From Podarcis liolepis (Eukaryota), in assembly GCA_965112155.1 (NCBI GenBank), contig OZ218111.1: a stretch of 64,000 nucleotides of DNA. One strand, given 5' to 3'. Of the stretch, positions 58,990-64,000 are shown one piece after another. Position numbers and translations under genes: made by a program. The notes below the pieces were generated by a model, which saw nothing but the letters and a program-made list of their open reading frames with translations, was not told the DNA's origin and ran no database searches. Every line of letters starts with the position of its first letter. The first letter of the stretch is position 1.

Positions 58990-61900
58990 GACATGCTTCC
59001 TCCTAGCTCTGGTATTTGTACAGAACGACTGGGAAGCACTGAAAATATTTTGGAGCTACAGTGCCCTCCTCTCAGGAAGGCCACTTTGGAACAGCAAGAG
59101 GTTTTCTGACTTAATACCAGCCAGCTGTTTCCAGGAGAAAACAAAGGCAGACCGTCCTCAGCCCACCTCCATTGTCTGCTTTGTTACCGGTTTCCCAAAT
59201 TGTAGTTGCATCTGCTGCCATCAGATGCACTGCAGAGTCCTCAGTGGGCTGGAGTGAAGCTGTTTTCCATTTCCATCTGTTTAAAATATTTGAAGCATCT
59301 TGGTCGTCTACTATATAAGCTTGGGTTGTTGGCATCTGTCAGCCACAAAGCAAAAAGGAGAACAGGCTCTGGTGCTCACAGATGCGAAACTTCATTGAAG
59401 CTCAGTGTGTTTCAGGAGCTTGAAAGGTTTCAAATTCTTACAATTCAAACACTCTCCAGTCTTAAATTCTGACCTATTCAAGAACTTGCTTGAAAAACTG
59501 GGAGAGCAATTCCCCCTTTTCCTCTCCTCCACTTTTCCAAGCTGGATCTTGATGCAGCCTTGAACAGCCTTTGTCCTCTGCAAAGCTCTGCTGATGGAGG
59601 CCGTGACTGGCATCTTGCGTCCAGATTAGGCCACTCTTCCTTGCCTTCCGTTGCCTCACAGGCTCCATCCTGAAGAACCAGGAGGACACCTTTGCGGCTG
59701 AGCTGCATCGCCTCAAACAGCAGCCTCTCTTCAACCTGGTGGACTTTGAGACAGTGGTGGACTGGATACGGAGCACTGTGGCGGAGGTCAGCCGTAGCTC
59801 TAGAGTTGCATGTGCTAAGTTCTTTGTGCGGTAGCAGCAGGGAGCCGTTTGCAAACCCCTCGGCCAGAGCTTGCTGGAAAACCTTTTTCAGGCTGAGGGC
59901 CACATTCCTTCTTGGGATTACATGCTGGGAAGGTGGCAGGGATGGAGTCAAAAGCGCCAGGCCAGGCCAGAGCAACCCCATCACCAGCAGCAGCATCCAT
60001 TCAGTGAATTCTCTCCCCTCTCAAGAAAGGCTAAGTTAAAAGCTCCCATTAGCAACAATAAAAGCTTTAATAAAGCCTAATCTCTGTGGGGGAGATTTGA
60101 TTTTAATGGCAGATCAGTGCATAGAGCGAGGTGATATTAGTCCTCTCCCCTGCTTTTCAAAAGTCTGATTGGTGCGGGGGGAGGGGTGACAGGTGGGGAT
60201 CCAGAATTAACATTTGTCTCTTGCTAATGCACCCTGCACAATAATTAAACTTTTTAAAAGCCTCAACTGTTACAATATCCCATAGACCGGCTGTTTGTCA
60301 GTCCTGCCATATAGAGCATGGAGAGCCTTCCCAGCAATGGGCAAGTAGTCTCTGTCACTCAAAGCAAACAGATCAAGTCCTGGCTGCAGTGGGGTGGAAG
60401 GTCCCAGCAGCAGCTCGGAGCTGCTGCTGCTGGGGATCCCTGGTTCTTGATGCTGATGGACTGTTTTCTCTCCCTTAGCACTTATGGAAGCTCATGGTGG
60501 AAGAATCGGATTTAATAGGACAACTGAAGGTACATGCAAACCTACGGCGCTTCCAAAGCTGTTTCTTTCTCTTTGTGCAGGAGGAGACTCACTCCTGCCA
60601 GTGAAGTGTTGCTTGCAGGGGTCCATGGGTTCTGTATCCTTGATGCATTTAGTCATTCTCTCCTCCTTTCTAGATTATTAAAGATTTTTATCTCTTGGGG
60701 AGAGGAGAACTGTTTCAGGCCTTCATTGACACCGCACAGCAGATGCTGAAGACACCTCCCACTGCAGTGACAGAACATGGTGAGTTTCATGGGCTCTGGC
60801 TTCTCCGTTAGGCTGAGATGGTAAGATTGGTGGATCAGACCAACGACTCTCTACTCAAATACTTCCCTGCTTCCCAAGCCTTTCTACCAAGACTCTTGGC
60901 CCCTGCATAGGCACAGTTTGGCTCTGTAAGCTGTTGTGGCACAAACTCTGAAAAGGCCATGGGGGGTGGGAGAGTGGAAACAGGTGACTGTGCCTTCCTT
61001 GCTCACTGGGCACTCATCTGGAGTAAGTTGTTCTGGTCTGGCTCTCCTCAGATGTGAATGTGGCCTTCCAGCAGTCTGCCCACAAAGTGCTGCTTGACGA
61101 TGACAACCTCCTTCCTCTTCTTCACCTGACCATCCACTATTATGGAAAGGAGCACCGAGGTGGGTGCTGGTGCCAGGGAGCCAAGCAGTCCTAAACAGGG
61201 CAGGTTTAGGCCCTACCACAACTACAAGCACAAAGCCAATTTGGTTCCGTAGAGGCAGAATGGCAGCCCTAGGTCTGGGAAGCTGGGAGTTCAAAGCTCA
61301 AGGCCAGTCTTGTCAATCCCCTGGGTGGCCTGGAGCAAGTCTCTCACCTGCATTAGCTGCCCATTGATAAAATGAGAAGGAGGGTGGCAGGGAAGGAGGG
61401 TGGGGTCCAGCAAGGGTTGCTGCCGTATTGTTGCCCACCTGCCTCCTGGCTTCCTTTTCAGATGCCGCTCAAGCTCGAGATACGCCTTCTCGGGAACTGT
61501 CTCCCCATGAATCCCCTGCATCAGGCTGGGCTGCTCTGGGGCTCTCCTACAGGGTGCAGTGGCCCCTGCATATCCTCTTTACTCCTGCCGTCCTGGAAAA
61601 GTGAGGGCTGCTTTATCCCTGTTTCTGTTTCCAGGTGGATTCTGTGGCATTTTGGTGTCAAAGGTTGATGGTAGCAGAGCACATTTTTCCTGGGTGGGAG
61701 GAGGAGATGCTGGCCTGGTCTGAGCTCCTGGTCTACTTGCCCAGAGACCTGACCCAGCTATCTTTTGCTTGCCTTCCTCTTGGCTTGCAGGTACAATGTG
61801 GTCTTCAAGTACCTGCTAAGTGTGCGTCGAGTCCAGGCTGAGCTGCAGCACTGCTGGGCTCTACAGATGTGGTGCAAGCGCCTGGAATCCAACAGGACAG

Positions 61901-63603
61901 ATGCCATCAAGTGGCAACTGCGCCATCACATGACTTTCCTTGTAGACAATCTGCAGTACTACCTGCAGGTGAGCAGCAACACAGGTCTCGGGGGCTAACT
62001 GAGGCTTTGGTGCTGCTCCTCCAAGGGATATGCATCAGCCAGTTCTCCCAGCAATACCCTAAATCTCCCACCAAAAATTGATGGCTGGAAATGACTGGAA
62101 ACAGCAGGCAGTATATTCTCCCTCACTTTTCCTTATCCTCAGGTGGATGTTCTGGAGTCTCAGTTCTCCCAACTTCTGCAGCAGATCAACTCCACCCGTG
62201 ACTTTGAGAGCATTCGACTGGCACACGATCACTTCTTGAGCAATCTCCTAGCACAGTCCTTCATTCTGCTGAAACCAGTGAGTGATCCCCATAGCCTGTT
62301 TGCCTTGTGTCCCCAGGAGAACTGGTCCTGTTCGAACAGTCCAAATGCCCATCCAGTGCAGCACTCCTAGCTCACTTCAATGCAAACATGGCAAGAAGGA
62401 ACTAAAGCAAAAGCCAGACCCTTGTGAACATGGCTGTGTTGCTTGGCCATGAGCACAACCAAAGCCCTTACCTGCTAAAGTGAATAATGAAGTACAGGTC
62501 TGTATAGAAAAGCAGGATAGAAAATAAATGAACTGCAACTGTGTCAGTTTGCCTTCATTATGTGTTTTTTGGGGGGGAGTGTCTTCCTGGTGACTTGGTA
62601 GCATTTGGCAATCTGGAGAAGCCTGTCAAAGTCCTTCCCCAGAGCACCAGGAAAGTAGGTATGTTCATTGGTCTTGGAAACTCATGTTTAGAGCAGCTTA
62701 TGATGCTTGAACAGAAATTTCAGGCTTTGGTAGCTGCTGTTCAGTGTATGAAGATTTTTGGTTTTTGTTTGATTGCATCAGCTCCATTAGACCTACTAAG
62801 CAAGAAGTGAAATGGTTTGAGTAAACCAGTCCAAATAATCCTGCTGAATCTGGTCATTATCTCAGGCTGCGGAAGGGCAAGACGAGAAGCATCTGCTCTG
62901 GTGAGGCCCTCCTGGACCTTCATCTCCATTCTGCTCTTTGGTTTTGCAGGCTTTCCACTGTCTGAATGAAATACTGGATCTATGCCATAGCTTCTGCTCA
63001 CTTGTCAGCCAGAACCGGGGACCATTGGATGAGCGGGGGACGGCCCAGCTGAGCATCCTGGCCAAGGTGGGCCTTGCACTTTTCTACCTGAAAAACATCG
63101 CCCAAAGCTTTTGGGTCTTCTCTCCTGTGGATGCTGTTGGAAACTCAGAGCAGCCAGCTCTCTGATGAATTCAGCATGGGGTGGGGGAGGGGGTAGGAAC
63201 ACAAGAAGTCTGGCCATTGCTCTTCCATGAAGCTCATCAGAAACAGCCTTGTCCAGGCCCTTGTGGCATACTGGCAGCAACAGCTGGGGCCTTTCCTCCT
63301 CCAGGACAGCAATTCCCAAAGGGTGAGCGATGAGGTGGGGCAGTTGCCTGGGATGCTCTCTCCCCATATGGGTTCGAGTGGCCTTCAAGTCATCTCTGTT
63401 CAGCCCTTTCTGCTAAGGCAGAGCCCTCAATTTATGGCTCATGGGTGCTGTTTACCTTTGCAGGGCTTCAGCTGTCAGTCTTCACTCCTTTTCAAGATCC
63501 TCTCCAGTGTTCACAATCACCAGATCAATTCAGACTTGGCTCAGTTGCTGTTACGTCTTGACTACAACAAATACTATACCCAGGCTGGAGGCACCTTGGG
63601 CAG
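51725..63603 (+). CDS. TUBGCP4: Gamma-tubulin complex component 4 (GCP4), exons 1-17; last few codons unresolved
   Basis: 17 GT-AG exons join in frame (2093 nt). Starts MIHELLLAL; contains [47 protein letters not shown] and [14 protein letters not shown], all characteristic of GCP4. Confidence 0.96.
51911..52153 (+). CDS. TUBGCP4: TUBGCP4 exon 2
   Basis: [26 protein letters not shown]...low-complexity tail...PVQPQ, donor gtgagc. Confidence 0.88.
52788..52892 (+). CDS. TUBGCP4: TUBGCP4 exon 3
   Basis: [35 protein letters not shown]. Confidence 0.95.
54256..54309 (+). CDS. TUBGCP4: TUBGCP4 exon 4
   Basis: [18 protein letters not shown]. Confidence 0.95.
54748..55212. mobile_element. Tc1/mariner-type MITE with internal hairpin repeats
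   Basis: TA-CTGTATTTTTCGCCCTATAGGA...TCCTATAGGGCGAAAAATACGG-TA (22-bp TIR, 1 mismatch). Confidence 0.88.
56624..56680 (+). CDS. TUBGCP4: TUBGCP4 exon 5
   Basis: [19 protein letters not shown]. Confidence 0.95.
57018..57097 (+). CDS. TUBGCP4: TUBGCP4 exon 6
   Basis: [27 protein letters not shown]. Confidence 0.95.
57317..57518 (+). CDS. TUBGCP4: TUBGCP4 exon 7
   Basis: [32 protein letters not shown]...LRELQDM. Confidence 0.96.
58013..58178 (+). CDS. TUBGCP4: TUBGCP4 exon 8
   Basis: [19 protein letters not shown]...[16 protein letters not shown]...TKK. Confidence 0.96.
58417..58779 (-). mobile_element. Sauria SINE, full length
   Basis: (AAAGGT)n tail at the left; flanking direct repeat TATGGTGGCTCC(G/A)TA starting at 58402 and 58782. 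Confidence 0.92.
58947..58987. repeat. (TG)n microsatellite
   Basis: read directly. Confidence 0.95.
59662..59786 (+). CDS. TUBGCP4: TUBGCP4 exon 9
   Basis: [41 protein letters not shown]. Confidence 0.96.
60479..60529 (+). CDS. TUBGCP4: TUBGCP4 exon 10
   Basis: [17 protein letters not shown]. Confidence 0.95.
60674..60779 (+). CDS. TUBGCP4: TUBGCP4 exon 11
   Basis: [35 protein letters not shown]. Confidence 0.96.
61052..61159 (+). CDS. TUBGCP4: TUBGCP4 exon 12
   Basis: [35 protein letters not shown]. Confidence 0.96.
61462..61600 (+). CDS. TUBGCP4: TUBGCP4 exon 13
   Basis: [46 protein letters not shown]. Confidence 0.96.
61791..61968 (+). CDS. TUBGCP4: TUBGCP4 exon 14
   Basis: [22 protein letters not shown]...[11 protein letters not shown]. 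Confidence 0.96.
62143..62277 (+). CDS. TUBGCP4: TUBGCP4 exon 15
   Basis: [45 protein letters not shown]. Confidence 0.96.
62950..63066 (+). CDS. TUBGCP4: TUBGCP4 exon 16
   Basis: [39 protein letters not shown]. Confidence 0.96.
63464..63603 (+). CDS. TUBGCP4: TUBGCP4 exon 17
   Basis: [46 protein letters not shown], donor gtaggc. Confidence 0.95.
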
Positions 63604-64000
63604 GTAGGCCTTGGCGAGGGCCAGGAAATCACACAAGCCCCTTTTAGTTAGATTTGTGCTGGTGGTGGGAGGCTCTGCCTGAATGTGGACTCTTCTACAG
63701 CTAACCTTAGCCTGGGTTTCCTTGCCTTCCAGGGCTTAAGGTTTCCCAAGGACTGGGAATCTTTAATTACGCAGGCCTGTTACTAACCAGAAACACACAA
63801 GGTCTTAAGCCTATTTGAGAGCTGCTGGTGAGAGGGATGTGATTAGGCATCATCTAGACTTTCTGATGTTTCTGTTTTGGGACCCAGAAGGTGGGATATA
63901 AATGTATTTATAACCAGCTGTGTGCTATGTTAAAAAATGCAATTCAAACTTTGCACACTGTGGTCTGTAAATAATATGAAATTGGTTGTGTGTGCATCTC

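Noticed and set aside
3385-63603. Non-canonical (GC-AG or U12-type) introns or pseudogene lesions in IQGAP1 or TUBGCP4
   Set aside because: All reconstructed introns are GT-AG and both frames are uninterrupted.

Overview
Vertebrate genomic DNA, very probably a squamate and likely a lacertid lizard, judged from Sauria-SINE copies, (TAT)n-tailed L2-like LINE ends and CR1 ends. I reconstructed two spliced genes arranged head-to-head around two CpG islands, with ATGs about 3.36 kb apart. (1) A complete IQGAP1 lies on the minus strand: 38 coding exons from 48368 down to 3385, all GT-AG, 4986 nt, 1661 aa. (2) TUBGCP4 (gamma-tubulin complex component 4) lies on the plus strand: 17 coding exons at 51725-63603, with the terminal exon unresolved. 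At the left end, three in-frame 3' exons of a plus-strand gene I cannot identify converge on IQGAP1, and opposed AATAAA signals sit 16 nt apart between the two genes. Introns and the intergenic spacer contain Sauria SINEs, LINE 3' ends, Tc1/mariner and hAT MITEs (one is a SPIN/URR1-type element) and microsatellites. I found no prokaryote-type system (CRISPR, operon, RNA genes). The most notable signals are an unusually diverged TUBGCP4 (GC-rich N-terminal insertion plus repeated Arg losses at CpG-type codons), the SPIN MITE, the back-to-back poly(A) signals, a CDE/CHR element upstream of TUBGCP4, and the unidentified gene. Comparisons with human proteins and repeat consensuses are from memory, not from a search.
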